Notes: generated by a model from the letters alone, not told the origin. DNA of 64,000 nt from Thermoanaerobaculia bacterium (GCA_963846495.1 CAWJWP010000016.1:213879-277878), one strand, 5' to 3'; positions 31,516 through 41,227 are shown, counted from the stretch's first letter. Numbers and translations are program-made.

Positions 31516-32493
31516 TCACGCCGCCCACGCGCGCATCAGCTCGCCGCCGGCGCCCGGCGCGGCACCGCGATCGTCGTCAGGTCGTGCGCCGCTTCCGTCT
31601 CCGGGAAGACCGCGCGCGCTTCGGCGAGGAGCTCGTCGACGGTCTCGCCACCTTCCTGCTGGTAACGCGCGCTGAAATGGGTGATGACGAGCCGCGCGGC
31701 GCCGGCGCGGCGCGCCACCTCCGCCGCCTGCGCTGCCGTCGAGTGCGCGCGCTCGGCCGCCATCAGCCGCCGGCTCTCGCCGAAGGTCGCCTCGTGGACG
31801 AGCAGGTCGGCGCCGCGCGCCAGCTCGACCGCCGCCTCGCACGGCCGCGTATCGCCGCAGACCGCGACCACGCGGCCGGGCACCGGCGGCGCCAGCAACT
31901 CGGCGCCGCGTACCTCGCGGCCGCCTTCGACGCACGACGCTGCCGCCGCGCTTCAAGGTGCCGAGGTCGGGACCCGAGGTGACACCGAGCTCCGCTGCGC
32001 GCGCCGCATCGAGGCGGCCGGGGCGCGCCGCCTCCTCGACGCGGAAGCCGAAGCAGGGCACGCCGTGCTCGAGCGGCAGACAGCGCACGCGCAGCGCGCC
32101 TTCGCCCTCGACTTCGTCCAGCACCACGCCGGGCGCCAGCTCGTGCACCCGCAACTCATAGGTGCAACCCGCGTGTGCCGCGCGAAGCGTGACGTCGACC
32201 ACCTCGGCGAGCCCGCGCGGGCCGTAGACGTCGACTGCCGTCTCGACGCCCAGCATGCTGAGGCTGGTGAGCAACCCCGGCAGGCCGTAGAGGTGGTCGC
32301 CGTGGAGGTGGCTGACGAAGATGCGGCGGATCTGCGGCGGCCGCAGCGGCGTGCGCAGCAGCTGGTGCTGCGTCGCCTCGCCGCAGTCGAAGAGCCACAG
32401 CTCGCGCCGCTCGGGCAGCCGCAGCACCGCCGCCGAGACGTTGCGCTGCCGCGTCGGCATCGCCGAGCCGGTGCCGAGGAAAGTGAGCTCCAC
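31516..32493 (-). CDS. rnz: Ribonuclease Z (tRNA 3'-processing endonuclease), with a frame change near 31935
   Basis: GTG 32493 start. Metallo-beta-lactamase motif HLHGDH. The N-terminal frame runs to …LKRGGSVV, then the C-terminal frame gives (R)EGGREVRGAELLAPPVPGRVVAVCGDTRPC…ITHFSARY, consistent with an extra C near 31938. Confidence 0.8.
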   Translation of the reverse strand: MELTFLGTGSAMPTRQRNVSAAVLRLPERRELWLFDCGEATQHQLLRTPLRPPQIRRIFVSHLHGDHLYGLPGLLTSLSMLGVETAVDVYGPRGLAEVVDVTLRAAHAGCTYELRVHELAPGVVLDEVEGEGALRVRCLPLEHGVPCFGFRVEEAARPGRLDAARAAELGVTSGPDLGTLKRGGSVVRRRRPRGTRRRVAGAAGARPRGRGLRRYAAVRGGGRAGARRRPARPRGDLRREPAADGGRARALDGSAGGGGGAPRRRRAARHHPFQRALPAGRWRDRRRAPRRSARGLPGDGSGARPDDDRGAAPGAGGELMRAWAA

Positions 32494-32544
32494 GCGCGCA
32501 CGCTACCAAGGCGGGCGGCAGTCGGCGAGCAGGAGCGTCGTGAC

Positions 32545-32636
32545 GTCGCGGCTGACCAAGCGACTCGTCGTTGCGAGGAGCGCAGCGACGAAGCAACCTC
32601 GATCTCCGCAGGGAGCGGAAGCCGCTACGGGGCAGT
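32545..32636. repeat. 92-bp direct repeat, copy 1 (identical to 33145..33236)
   Basis: Base-for-base identity over 92 bp, seen directly. It contains the 36-bp core GTCGTTGCGAGGAGCGCAGCGACGAAGCAACCTCGAT. It lies upstream of rnz. Confidence 0.9.
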
Positions 32637-32640
32637 AAAG

Positions 32641-32845
32641 GTGAAGAAGAAAAAGTAGAGAGGGAAGAAGAGGAAATAAAAAAAGAGAGGGAAAGAAAAA
32701 AGAGGGAAGAGGAGAGAGGAAAAGAGAGAAAAGAGGAAGAAGGGAGAGGAATGAGAGAAGAGAGAGAGAGAGAGGAAGGAGAGGAGAGAGAAGAAGGAGA
32801 CGAGAGAGAAGAGGAAGAGAAGGAAAAGGGGGAAGCTGGAGATGA
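32641..32845. repeat. ~205-bp almost pure A/G tract (polypurine on the + strand, polypyrimidine on the transcribed strand of rnz)
   Basis: GAAGAAGAAAAAG…AGAGAGAGAGAGAGGAAGGAGAGG… with only a handful of T or C. It stands out sharply from the surrounding GC-rich DNA. The next ~300 bp (to 33144) remain strongly purine-skewed with very few T. Confidence 0.9.
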
Positions 32846-33078
32846 TGCCGCGCAGCGACGCGGAACGCGACCAGCGGATGATGGGCAACAGACTGCCAGA
32901 AGAGCACGAGGGCGTTGCTCGTCCCACGCGCGAAGACCTCGAGGCGGACGACTGAAAACGAGACGACCGGGGGGACGACGACGAGCGCACCACCGAGGGA
33001 ATGCGCACCACGACGAATAGCCGAAGGGCACTGTATGACAGAAGTGCCACAGCGCGAAGACGGCGCCGCGCGCGAAGA

Positions 33079-34554
33079 CTACGAGGCGCCCAACCGAGAA
33101 GCGCCACACGGCGAGCCTCGACGTGAGCACGGGGGGGAGAGACTGTCGCGGCTGACCAAGCGACTCGTCGTTGCGAGGAGCGCAGCGACGAAGCAACCTC
33201 GATCTCCGCAGGGAGCGGAAGCCGCTACGGGGCAGTGGTGGAGTGTCGCCGCTTCGAGCGCCCGCTCCGCCTCGGTCGCCGGTCCGCGTGGCTCGCCGCG
33301 CGACACCACGACGGCCGCCGCGAGGTCGCCGGTGACGTTCAAGGTCGTGCGGCACATGTCGAGGAAGCGGTCGACGCCGAGGATCAAGCCGATGCCCTCG
33401 ACCGGCACGCCGACCATGCCGAGGATCATCGCCACCACCGGGATCGAGCCCGCCGGGATGCCGGCGGTGCCGATGCCGCCGAGGATGCAGATGACGAGCA
33501 CCAGCACCTGCTGCGCCAGCGTCAGGTCGATGCCGTAAAACTGCGCCAGGAAGAGCACCGTCACGCCCTCGAAGAGCGCGGTGCCGTTCTGGTTGGCGGT
33601 GGCGCCGATCGTGAGCACGAAGCGCGACACCTGCGGCGGCAGCTTGAGGTTCTTCTCCGCCACCTCGAGCGCCGTCGGCAGCGTGGCGTTCGACGACGCC
33701 GTCGAGAAGGCGGTCACCATCGCCTCCTGCACGCCGCGGAAGAAGAAGCGCGGGCTCATGCCGCCGAGGAACCTGACCGCCAGCGAGTAGACGACGAACT
33801 GGTGGATGGCGAGCGCCAGCACGACGACGCCGACGTAGCGCGCCAGCTGGAAGAGCACCTCCCAGCCGAGCTGCGCCGTCAGTGTGAAGAGCAGCGCCGC
33901 GACGCCGATGGGCGCGAACGAGATCACCAGCTGGATGAGCGTCATGGTGACGTCGTAGAGCCCTTCGATCGCGTCCTGGAAGCGCCGCGCCGCGTCGGTG
34001 CGGGTGAGGAGGAGGCCGATGCCGATCGCCAGCGAGAAGAACATCCACGCCAGGTACTCGCCGCCCGCCGCCGCCTTCACCGGGTTGTCGGGGACGATCT
34101 GCAGGAAGAGGTCGACGCCCGTCTTCGGAGCGCTGGCGGTGCTGGAGAAGGTCGCCGCGCGCTCCGCGGCGCCCTCTGAGACACGCGCCCGCGTCTCCGC
34201 CGACATGCCCTCGCCCGGCCGTATGAGGTTGACGAGCACGAGGCCGAGCAGCACGGCGATGCTCGACACCACGATCGTGTAGGCGAGCGTCTTCAGACCG
34301 ACGCGGCCGAGCCCGCGCACGTCGCCGAGCCCCGCCACGCCGAGCGCCAGTGCCGAGAAGATGAGCGGCAGCACCAGCATGAAGAGCAGCCGCAGGAAGA
34401 TCTGCCCCACCGGCTGGGAGACATACTTGACGAAGCCGTCGAGAGTGATGAAGCCAAAGAGCGTCCACCCGCGCGCGAAGAGGTAGGCGAGCACGCCGCC
34501 ACCGGCGCCGATAACGCCGCCGATCAACATGCGGGTATGGAGCGGGATGCGCAC
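33079..34554 (-). CDS. Dicarboxylate/amino acid:cation symporter (DAACS; GltP/DctA family)
   Basis: Typical DAACS TM and re-entrant loop sequence (…FSTASSNATLP…GIDLTLAQQ…IPAGSIPV…DRFLDMCRTTLNVTGD…). The C-terminal ~45 aa are read from the 92-bp repeat and are probably not native. An in-frame-shifted TAG exists inside the repeat. Confidence 0.8.
   Translation of the reverse strand: MRIPLHTRMLIGGVIGAGGGVLAYLFARGWTLFGFITLDGFVKYVSQPVGQIFLRLLFMLVLPLIFSALALGVAGLGDVRGLGRVGLKTLAYTIVVSSIAVLLGLVLVNLIRPGEGMSAETRARVSEGAAERAATFSSTASAPKTGVDLFLQIVPDNPVKAAAGGEYLAWMFFSLAIGIGLLLTRTDAARRFQDAIEGLYDVTMTLIQLVISFAPIGVAALLFTLTAQLGWEVLFQLARYVGVVVLALAIHQFVVYSLAVRFLGGMSPRFFFRGVQEAMVTAFSTASSNATLPTALEVAEKNLKLPPQVSRFVLTIGATANQNGTALFEGVTVLFLAQFYGIDLTLAQQVLVLVICILGGIGTAGIPAGSIPVVAMILGMVGVPVEGIGLILGVDRFLDMCRTTLNVTGDLAAAVVVSRGEPRGPATEAERALEAATLHHCPVAASAPCGDRGCFVAALLATTSRLVSRDSLSPPCSRRGSPCGASRLGAS
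33145..33236. repeat. 92-bp direct repeat, copy 2 (identical to 32545..32636)
   Basis: Exactly 600 bp downstream of copy 1. It overlaps and supplies the last ~30 codons of the GltP-like ORF. Confidence 0.9.
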
Positions 34555-34676
34555 CGCTGCGGAGTATGTCGAGGGGCGCTGCCGGTGACAAGCGCGGCGC
34601 CGTCAACGGTTCGCGAGCCGTGGCGACGCGGCTGTCATGCGGCGCGGCCACTGCGCCACGCATCGCTCCGCTTAGG

Positions 34677-35261
34677 ATGTGCGCCGTGTTGCCGGACCCG
34701 CGCTGCAAGATCGCCTTCATCGGCAGCCACGGCGTGGGCAAGACGACGCTCGCCTTCGGGCTGGCGTCGCGGCTCAAGGCGCGCGACGTCTCGCTCGAGG
34801 TGGTGCACGAGGTGGCGCGCCGCTGCCCGCTGCCGATCAACGAGGAGACGAGCGTCGCCGCGCAGTCGTGGATCCTCCACTCGCAAGTAGCCGAGGAGCT
34901 CGTCGCGGCGGCGCGCTATCCGGTCGTGCTCTGCGACCGCAGCGTGCTCGACAACTACGTCTACCTGCTGCTGTCCGCCGGCGAGCGCGAGCCCGAATCG
35001 TTACGCCGGCTGGTCGACGACTGGATGGCGACCTACCAGCTGCTCGTCCACGTGCCGATCGTCGGCCGCCTGCAGCCCGACGGCGTGCGCGCCGCCGATC
35101 CCGCCTTCCAGCGTCTCGTCGACGAGCGGCTCGACCGCGAGCTCGAGCGGCGCGGGCTCGTCCCGCTGCGGCTCGATGCCGACGCGCGCGAGGGTTGGGG
35201 CGAAGCCGTCGAAGCGGCGGCCTGGGACGTCGTGCGGCCGGCGCAGATGCCGCTGCTCTGA
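34677..35261 (+). CDS. P-loop AAA-type ATPase / predicted kinase
   Basis: Walker A motif IAFIGSHGVGKTTLAFGLA and Walker B-like VVLCDRSVLD. The start is ambiguous among ATG 34677, GTG 34684 and the upstream 34566. Confidence 0.55.
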   Translation: MCAVLPDPRCKIAFIGSHGVGKTTLAFGLASRLKARDVSLEVVHEVARRCPLPINEETSVAAQSWILHSQVAEELVAAARYPVVLCDRSVLDNYVYLLLSAGEREPESLRRLVDDWMATYQLLVHVPIVGRLQPDGVRAADPAFQRLVDERLDRELERRGLVPLRLDADAREGWGEAVEAAAWDVVRPAQMPLL

Positions 35262-35358
35262 CGCTGCGATAGCCTTCGCCCTTCCCCTCGTCGATCCGCC
35301 GCGTCTGCCGCTCCGTAGAGCGGCTGTCCACTCACTTACGGTCTCGCCAGGAGGAGCC

Positions 35359-36180
35359 ATGAGCCACCGCATCCCCCGTCTCGTCCTCGCCGCCGCCGCG
35401 GCCACCGTCGTCGCCCTCGCCGCCACCGCCTCGACCGCCTCGGCCGGCGCGCACATGGAGGCCAAGGCGCCGCAGATGTTCGTCATCCACACCGAGCACG
35501 CGGTGCCGTCGAAGGTCGCCGAGTTCGAAGCGACGACGAAGGAGTTCGTCGCTCTCGTGCAAGCCAACCGCTCCGCGATGCCGACCTTCGCCTTCACCGC
35601 CCTGCAGGGCGAGGACCTCTCCTACTCGTTCGTCACGCCGATCAAGAACCTCGCCGACGCCGACGTCATCTACGCCGGCTTCGAGGCGCTGGGGAAGGCC
35701 GCCGGCGAGCGCTTCGTCGAGCTCATGCGGCGAGCCGGCGCCACCTACACGAGCGTCGACGAGGCCGCCTTCGTCGAGGTGCCGGAGGCGTCGTACTGGC
35801 CGGCCGGCGCGGAGGTGACGCCGATGAACGCGGGCTATTACCAGCTCGACCTCTACCGCCCGATGCCGGGCATGGACATGGAGGCGGCGCAGGTCGCGGC
35901 CGGGTGGAAGCAGCTCTTCGAGAGCAAGAAGGTGCCCTACGGCTACAGCGTCTTCCGCTTGGTGCTGGGCAGCGACGGACCGCTGTGGGTGGTGAGCACG
36001 CCGGCCAAAGACCCCGCCAACCTGGCGGCGATCGCAGAGGGCGCGAGGAAGGCGATCGGCGAGGAGGCGTGGCGCGCGCAGCTCGCGAAGACGATGGCGA
36101 TCTCGCGCAGCTTCGAGACCAAGCGCTACTGGGTGCGGCGCGACCTCTCGCTGGCGCCTCCCGCAGCCGCCGGCAAGTGA
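35359..36180 (+). CDS. Secreted hypothetical protein
   Basis: ATG 35359 is preceded by the strong RBS AGGAGGA and followed by a signal peptide (MSHRIPRLVLAAAAATVVALAATASTASA). No confident family assignment. Confidence 0.5.
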   Translation: MSHRIPRLVLAAAAATVVALAATASTASAGAHMEAKAPQMFVIHTEHAVPSKVAEFEATTKEFVALVQANRSAMPTFAFTALQGEDLSYSFVTPIKNLADADVIYAGFEALGKAAGERFVELMRRAGATYTSVDEAAFVEVPEASYWPAGAEVTPMNAGYYQLDLYRPMPGMDMEAAQVAAGWKQLFESKKVPYGYSVFRLVLGSDGPLWVVSTPAKDPANLAAIAEGARKAIGEEAWRAQLAKTMAISRSFETKRYWVRRDLSLAPPAAAGK

Positions 36181-36292
36181 CGCACGCGACGGCACGGCGG
36201 CGGACTTTCGCGTAGGCTCTCGCCGACACCGCGCCGCGACTTCGGTTGCGGCGCGGTGCTTGCACGAGCGCCGACCCCGAACGCGAGCCGCC

Positions 36293-37883
36293 ATGCCGTC
36301 GACCGCCAAACGTAGAGCCGGGCTGCTCCTCCACCCCACCTCGCTGCCGGGACGCTTCGGCGTCGGCGACATCGGGCCGGGGGCGGAGGCTTTCGTCGCC
36401 TGGGTGGAGGCGGCGGGCATCAGCGTCTGGCAGGTGCTGCCGCTGCATCCGCCGGGGCAGGGGAACTCGCCATACACGGCGCTCTCGGCCTTCGCCGGCG
36501 ACCCGCTGCTCGTCTCGCCCGACCGGCTGGTCGAGGACGGGCTGCTGCCCGCCTCCGCAGTCGCCTCGCCGCCGTCGTTCGCCGCCGACCGCGTCGACTT
36601 CGCGGCGGCCGGCGCCTGGAAGGACGCGCTCCTGCGCGAGGCATGGGCGCGCTTCCGCCGCGCCGGCGAGCCGGCGCTGCGCGACCGCTTCCGCTCCTTC
36701 GCCGCCGACGCGCGGCACGCGGTGTGGCTCGGCGACTGGGAGCTCTACCGCGCGCTCAAGGACCGTCACGGCGGCGCGCCCTGGTACGCGTGGCCGGCGC
36801 CGCTGGTGCGCCGCGAACCGGAAGCGCTCGAGGAAGCGCGACGCGAGCTGCTCGTCGAGACGGCCTACCACCGCTTCGTGCAGTTCCTCTTCTTCCACCA
36901 GTGGTCGCGGCTGCGCGGCGCCGCGGCGCGCGCCGGCATCCGCCTGCTCGGCGACCTGCCGATCTACGTCGCGCACGACAGCGCCGACGTGTGGGCGCAC
37001 CAGGAGCTGTTCGACCTCGACGACCAGGGGCAGCCGCGCCACGTCGCCGGCGTGCCGCCCGACTACTTCAGCCCCACCGGCCAGCGTTGGGGCAACCCGC
37101 TCTACCGCTGGGACCGCATGGCCGCCGACGGCTACGCCTGGTGGATCGAGCGGCTGCGCGGCAGCCTCGAGCTCACCGACCTCGCGCGCATCGACCACTT
37201 CCGCGCCTTCGCCGCCTACTGGCGCGTGCCGGCGAGCGAGCCGACGGCGCTCAACGGCGAGTGGGTCGAGGGCCCCGGGCTGACGTTCTTCACCGCCCTG
37301 CGGCGCGGCCTCGGCGGCTTGCCGATCATCGCCGAGGACCTCGGCGTCATCACCGACGACGTCGAGGCGTTGCGCGACCGCGCCGGCCTGCCGGGCATGA
37401 AGGTGCTGCAGTTCGCCTTCGACGAGGAGGACAGCTCGCACCTGCCGCACCGCCATCCGCAGCGCTCGGTCGTCTACACCGGCACCCACGACAACGACAC
37501 CACCGTGGGCTGGTTCGCGAAGCTGAGCGTCGAGGCGCGGCAGCGCTTCGCCGACTACCTCGGCCACGACCGCGAGGGGCCGCACTGGCAGCTCATCCGC
37601 GCCGCCTTCACCTCGCCGAGCCTGCTGGCGATCGTGCCGATGCAGGACGTGCTCGGGCTCGGCACCGAGGCGCGCATGAACGTGCCCGGCCGCGCCGAGG
37701 GGAACTGGTCGTGGCGCGTGCCGCCGGGCCTGCCGCGCGGCGACGAGCCGGCGCGGCTTGCGGAAGCTGGTGGTCGTCAGCGGCCGGCTGCCGCGCGAGC
37801 AGCGGGCGGATGCGGAAGGCGCGGCCGACGCGCCCGCCGCGGCGGCGGCCGAGCGCGAGCACGCGCGCCCGCGCGGCGCCTGA
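36293..37883 (+). CDS. malQ: 4-alpha-glucanotransferase (amylomaltase, GH77), with a C-terminal frame change near 37750
   Basis: GH77 motifs (GLLLHPTSLPG…GIGDIGP-like, …LGDLPIYVAHDSADVW…, NVPGRAEGNWSWR). The last ~40 aa continue in another frame (…ARLRKLVVVSGRLPREQ…PRGA*), consistent with an extra G in CTTGCGG. Confidence 0.8.
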
Positions 37884-37980
37884 GCGGCGATCGCGGGTCG
37901 CATCGCTGCGTCACGCAGCCCGCGACGCGGTTGCTTGGGCACACAGGCGCGGGCGACCGGCGCCGACTTGATTCCGCCGC

Positions 37981-37998
37981 CCCCGCGAGGACGCGGGG
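37981..37998. terminator. GC hairpin CCCCGCG-agga-CGCGGGG downstream of malQ (no U-tract)
   Basis: Perfect 7-bp inverted repeat seen in the sequence, about 100 bp after the malQ stop. Confidence 0.4.
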
Positions 37999-38060
37999 TC
38001 GGCTCCACGACGTCGGGACTCGCCGTTGGCTCGCCCCTCTGGTTGCGACAGAATCGCGCC

Positions 38061-38456
38061 GTGAGCGAGCGCGTCCGTTCCGGTTCTCCCTACGAGCAGC
38101 GCTACGGCTTCTGCCGCGCGCTCAAGCGCGGGCGGCGCGTCGAGGTCGCCGGCACGGCGCCCATCCCGCGCCCCGGCGAGCCGCTGGCGAGCGACGCCTA
38201 CCGCCAGATGCTCCGCTGCGGCGAGATCGCCGCCGAGGCGCTGGCCAAGCTCGGCGCGCGGCCGCAGGACGTCGTGCGCACGCGCATGTACATCGTCGAC
38301 CCGGCCGACGCTGACGACGTAGGGCGCGCCCACGGCGAGCTCTTCGGCGCCGCCGAGCCGGTGGCGACGATGGTCGTCGTGCGGCTGCTCGATCCCGGCT
38401 GGAAGGTCGAGCTCGAGGTCGAAGCGGAGCTCGGATCGCCGGAACAGGTCTACTGA
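38061..38456 (+). CDS. RidA/YjgF (Rid family) protein
   Basis: GTG 38061 start. Rid-family C-terminal signature (…VRTRMYIVDPADADDVGRAHGELFG…VATMVVVRLLDPGWKVELEVEA). The candidate -35 TTGGCT and -10 CAGAAT sit immediately upstream. Confidence 0.7.
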   Translation: MSERVRSGSPYEQRYGFCRALKRGRRVEVAGTAPIPRPGEPLASDAYRQMLRCGEIAAEALAKLGARPQDVVRTRMYIVDPADADDVGRAHGELFGAAEPVATMVVVRLLDPGWKVELEVEAELGSPEQVY

Positions 38457-38484
38457 CGTCGCGCAGCGAAGCGAGGTATCCCTT

Positions 38485-39048
38485 ATGTCCGAAGCCATCG
38501 CCACGTCGCCGTTCGCCAACTCCGCCGCCGAGGCCAAGGACGCCGGCGCCAGCGCCGGCTACGTGCGCGCGCTCCTCGACCTGCTCGGCGATCGCGATCC
38601 CTTCGCGGTGCTCGAAGAGACGCCGCAGCGCATCGAAGCCATCGCCGCCGGGCTCGACGACGAGCGCCTGCGCCGGCCCGAGCGGCCGGGCAAGTGGTCG
38701 ATCGCCGAGGTCGTCGCCCACCTCGCCGACAGCGAGCTGGTGATGGGCTACCGCTTCCGCCGCATCCTCGCCGACGACCGCCCGCCGATCACCGGCTACG
38801 ACCAGGACCAATGGGCGCAGCGGCTGCGCTATCGCGACGCCCGGCTCGACGACTCGCTGGCGCAGCTCCGTGCGCTGCGCATCGCCAACGTGCGGCTCAT
38901 TCGCAACGCCACGCCGGAGGAGCTGCAGCGCGTCGGCCTGCACAGCGAGCGCGGCGAGGAATCGGCCGCGCACCTGCGCACGCTATGGGCGGCGCACGAC
39001 CTCGTGCACCTGCGCCAGATCGAGCGCATCAAAGCCGCCGTCGGCTGA
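38485..39048 (+). CDS. DinB/YfiT-like (DinB_2) metal-dependent four-helix-bundle protein
   Basis: ATG is preceded by GAGGTA. The His-containing helices (…IAEVVAHLADSEL…LRTLWAAHDLVHLRQIE) are typical of the family. Confidence 0.7.
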   Translation: MSEAIATSPFANSAAEAKDAGASAGYVRALLDLLGDRDPFAVLEETPQRIEAIAAGLDDERLRRPERPGKWSIAEVVAHLADSELVMGYRFRRILADDRPPITGYDQDQWAQRLRYRDARLDDSLAQLRALRIANVRLIRNATPEELQRVGLHSERGEESAAHLRTLWAAHDLVHLRQIERIKAAVG

Positions 39049-39655
39049 GGGAGCGGCGGCGGCCGGCACGCGCCGGCCGATAGGGAGCGAGCAGCGTCCG
39101 TAGGTCGCGCCGCACCCAGTCGGCCAGCTCGCCTTCACCTTCGACCGCCCAGGTGAGCACCGAGCCCTCGAGCGCCGCCTGCAATGCGGCGGCGAGCCGC
39201 CGCGGCTGGCACCCTACGAGCTCGCCGGCGGCCACCGCATCGGCGAGCAGCGCCGCGATGCCGACTCGCATCCCGCGCGCCGCCTCGCGCGCGTGGCGGC
39301 GAAACTCGGGGTCGGCGACGTCGCCGCGCAGGAAGGCGAGGGTGTTGGCGACCTGGTCGGCGCTCGTGCCCATGACCTCCATGCACTCGGCGAGACCGAG
39401 GAGCGCCGCCGTCGGGCTACGGTGACGGGCACGCAGCCCCGGGAAGATGAAGTCGGCACCGCCGGCGGCATCCGCTGCCGCCGCCAGCAGCAGCGCCCGC
39501 TTGGAGCCGAAGCGCTGCACCAGCGCCGCCGGCGAAATGCCCGCCTCGGCGGCGACGTCGGCGAGGGTGAGCCGCGCCGGCCCCAGCCGGGCGATGGCGC
39601 GGAAGGCTGCTTTGAGGATGTCCTCGTCCGAGGCCTGGCGCGGGCGCGGGCTCAT
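39029..39655 (-). CDS. TetR/AcrR family transcriptional regulator
   Basis: N-terminal HTH (ILKAAFRAIARLGPARLTLADVAAEAGISPAALVQRFGSKRALL). Confidence 0.8.
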   Translation of the reverse strand: MSPRPRQASDEDILKAAFRAIARLGPARLTLADVAAEAGISPAALVQRFGSKRALLLAAAADAAGGADFIFPGLRARHRSPTAALLGLAECMEVMGTSADQVANTLAFLRGDVADPEFRRHAREAARGMRVGIAALLADAVAAGELVGCQPRRLAAALQAALEGSVLTWAVEGEGELADWVRRDLRTLLAPYRPARAGRRRSLSRRRL

Positions 39656-39762
39656 GGCGGGATCTTAGACCAGCGTCAGCTCGATTTGTTAACCGCCATT
39701 CACCTATCGCTTGATTATGAATGGCCGTTAAGTTATCCTCCGACGGCAACAGGAGGTGAGCC

Positions 39763-40422
39763 ATGCGACGACTGCGTTACCAGGTGGCGGCCAGCCTCGA
39801 CGGCTACATCGCCGGGCCGCAGGGAGAGGCCGATTGGATCGTGATCGACCCCGAGCTCGACTTCGCGGCCCTCTTCGCGCAGTTCGACACCCTGCTCATG
39901 GGCCGCAAGACCTTCGCCACCGTGGGCAGCGGTGGCGGTGGCATGTCGGGCAACATGCGCACCGTTGTCGTCTCGCGTACGCTGAAGCCGGCGAGCCACC
40001 CGCGCGTCACCCTCATCGGCGGCGACCTCGCCGACGAGGTCCGCGCCCTCAAAGCCGAGCCCGGCAGGGACATCTGGCTCTTCGGCGGCGGCGAGCTGTT
40101 CCGCAGCCTGCTCGCGCTCGGTCTCGTCGACACCGTCGAGGTGGCGCTCATCCCGGTGCTCCTCGGCGGCGGCATCCCGCTGCTGCCGTCGTCGGCGGAG
40201 CGCGCCAAGCTCGCGCTCACCGGCCACCGCGTCTACGGCCGCACCGGCACCGTGCTGCTCGAGTACGCGGTCGAGAAGGCGAAGCGGCGCGCCGCTAGCG
40301 CGAAGCGAGGAACTTCGACTGGTACTGGCGGCGCAGCTCGGCCTGCAGGCCGTCGTCGAGCCAGCGCTCGATCGCCTGCCGGTACTCGCGCGTCGGGCGC
40401 TCGACGAGCAGCGCGCGGTTGA
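39763..40422 (+). CDS. Dihydrofolate reductase-like (RibD C-terminal domain) protein
   Basis: Family signature MRRLRYQVAASLDGYIAGPQG…LLMGRKTF…IWLFGGGELF. The last ~40 codons overlap the convergent SBP gene and may reflect a lost stop. A TAG is available at ~40296 in the +1 frame. Confidence 0.65.
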   Translation: MRRLRYQVAASLDGYIAGPQGEADWIVIDPELDFAALFAQFDTLLMGRKTFATVGSGGGGMSGNMRTVVVSRTLKPASHPRVTLIGGDLADEVRALKAEPGRDIWLFGGGELFRSLLALGLVDTVEVALIPVLLGGGIPLLPSSAERAKLALTGHRVYGRTGTVLLEYAVEKAKRRAASAKRGTSTGTGGAARPAGRRRASARSPAGTRASGARRAARG

Positions 40423-41164
40423 CCTGCGCGATCACGCCGCGCCCCCAGGCGGTGCGCGGGCAGACGACGTGGGCGAAGGTGAAGTCGGGCAGCTCGGTGA
40501 GCCGCAGGCTCACCACCTGTGACTCGACGCCGCGCTCGCGCGCCACGTAGAGCGCCTCGTACGGATAGCCGATCACGTAGTCGACGCTCCCCCTCATCAG
40601 CATGTCGAAGAGGCCGCGGTAGATGTCGTCGCCGTGGCGCCAGTAGACGTGCGGGCTGCCCTTGGTGCGCTCGAGCAGGCGGTCGAGGGTCGGCCCGTAC
40701 GAGCGCCCCACCGCCACCGGCACGCGCAGGTTCTGATTGGCGAGCAGCTTGGCGAGCGACACCGCGCCGGGCGCGCCGCCGGTGAGCCGCGCGACGTTCT
40801 CGCGCTTCACGGTGACGCCGTTGGGCGGCAGCAGCAGGTCGGGCAGCGAGAACTCCATCACCCGCTCGCGCTCGGCGGTCTTGATGTAGGCGGCCGTGCA
40901 GACGTGGTCGCCGGCCTTCATGCGGGTCATGATCGTCGCCGGCTCGGCGAGCTCCTCGCGGTGCGTGTAGCCGGTGAGGTGGCGCTGCAGGAGGTGCGTC
41001 ACCGCGTCGGCGATCCCCTTCCCGCGTTCCTTGCCCTCGTGGATGAAGAAGGGCGGGAACTCCATGGTGAGCCAGGTGATCTCGTCAGCCGCCGCGGGAG
41101 CGGCGGCGAGGAGCACGGCGGCGGCGAGCGCGAGCAGGATCGAGTGGAGCGCGGCAGGGCGCAT
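40295..41164 (-). CDS. Periplasmic substrate-binding protein (ABC transporter SBP family 3-like)
   Basis: Signal peptide MRPAALHSILLALAAAVLLAAAPAAA followed by an SBP-like fold. Confidence 0.65.
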   Translation of the reverse strand: MRPAALHSILLALAAAVLLAAAPAAADEITWLTMEFPPFFIHEGKERGKGIADAVTHLLQRHLTGYTHREELAEPATIMTRMKAGDHVCTAAYIKTAERERVMEFSLPDLLLPPNGVTVKRENVARLTGGAPGAVSLAKLLANQNLRVPVAVGRSYGPTLDRLLERTKGSPHVYWRHGDDIYRGLFDMLMRGSVDYVIGYPYEALYVARERGVESQVVSLRLTELPDFTFAHVVCPRTAWGRGVIAQVNRALLVERPTREYRQAIERWLDDGLQAELRRQYQSKFLASR

Positions 41165-41227
41165 CGGCTCTCCGGCGAGGCGAGATGCCGAGTATTCCCA
41201 CGGCTCTCGCCGCGCTCGGCTGTGGCT

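Noticed and set aside
32571-33020. ORF encoding a poly-Glu/Lys/Arg protein (…EEEKVEREEEEIKKERERKKREEERGKE…)
   Set aside because: It is simply the translation of the polypurine tract. The minus-strand Leu/Ser/Phe-rich ORFs (32503..32907, 32625..33107) have the same artefactual origin. No RBS or start context was found.
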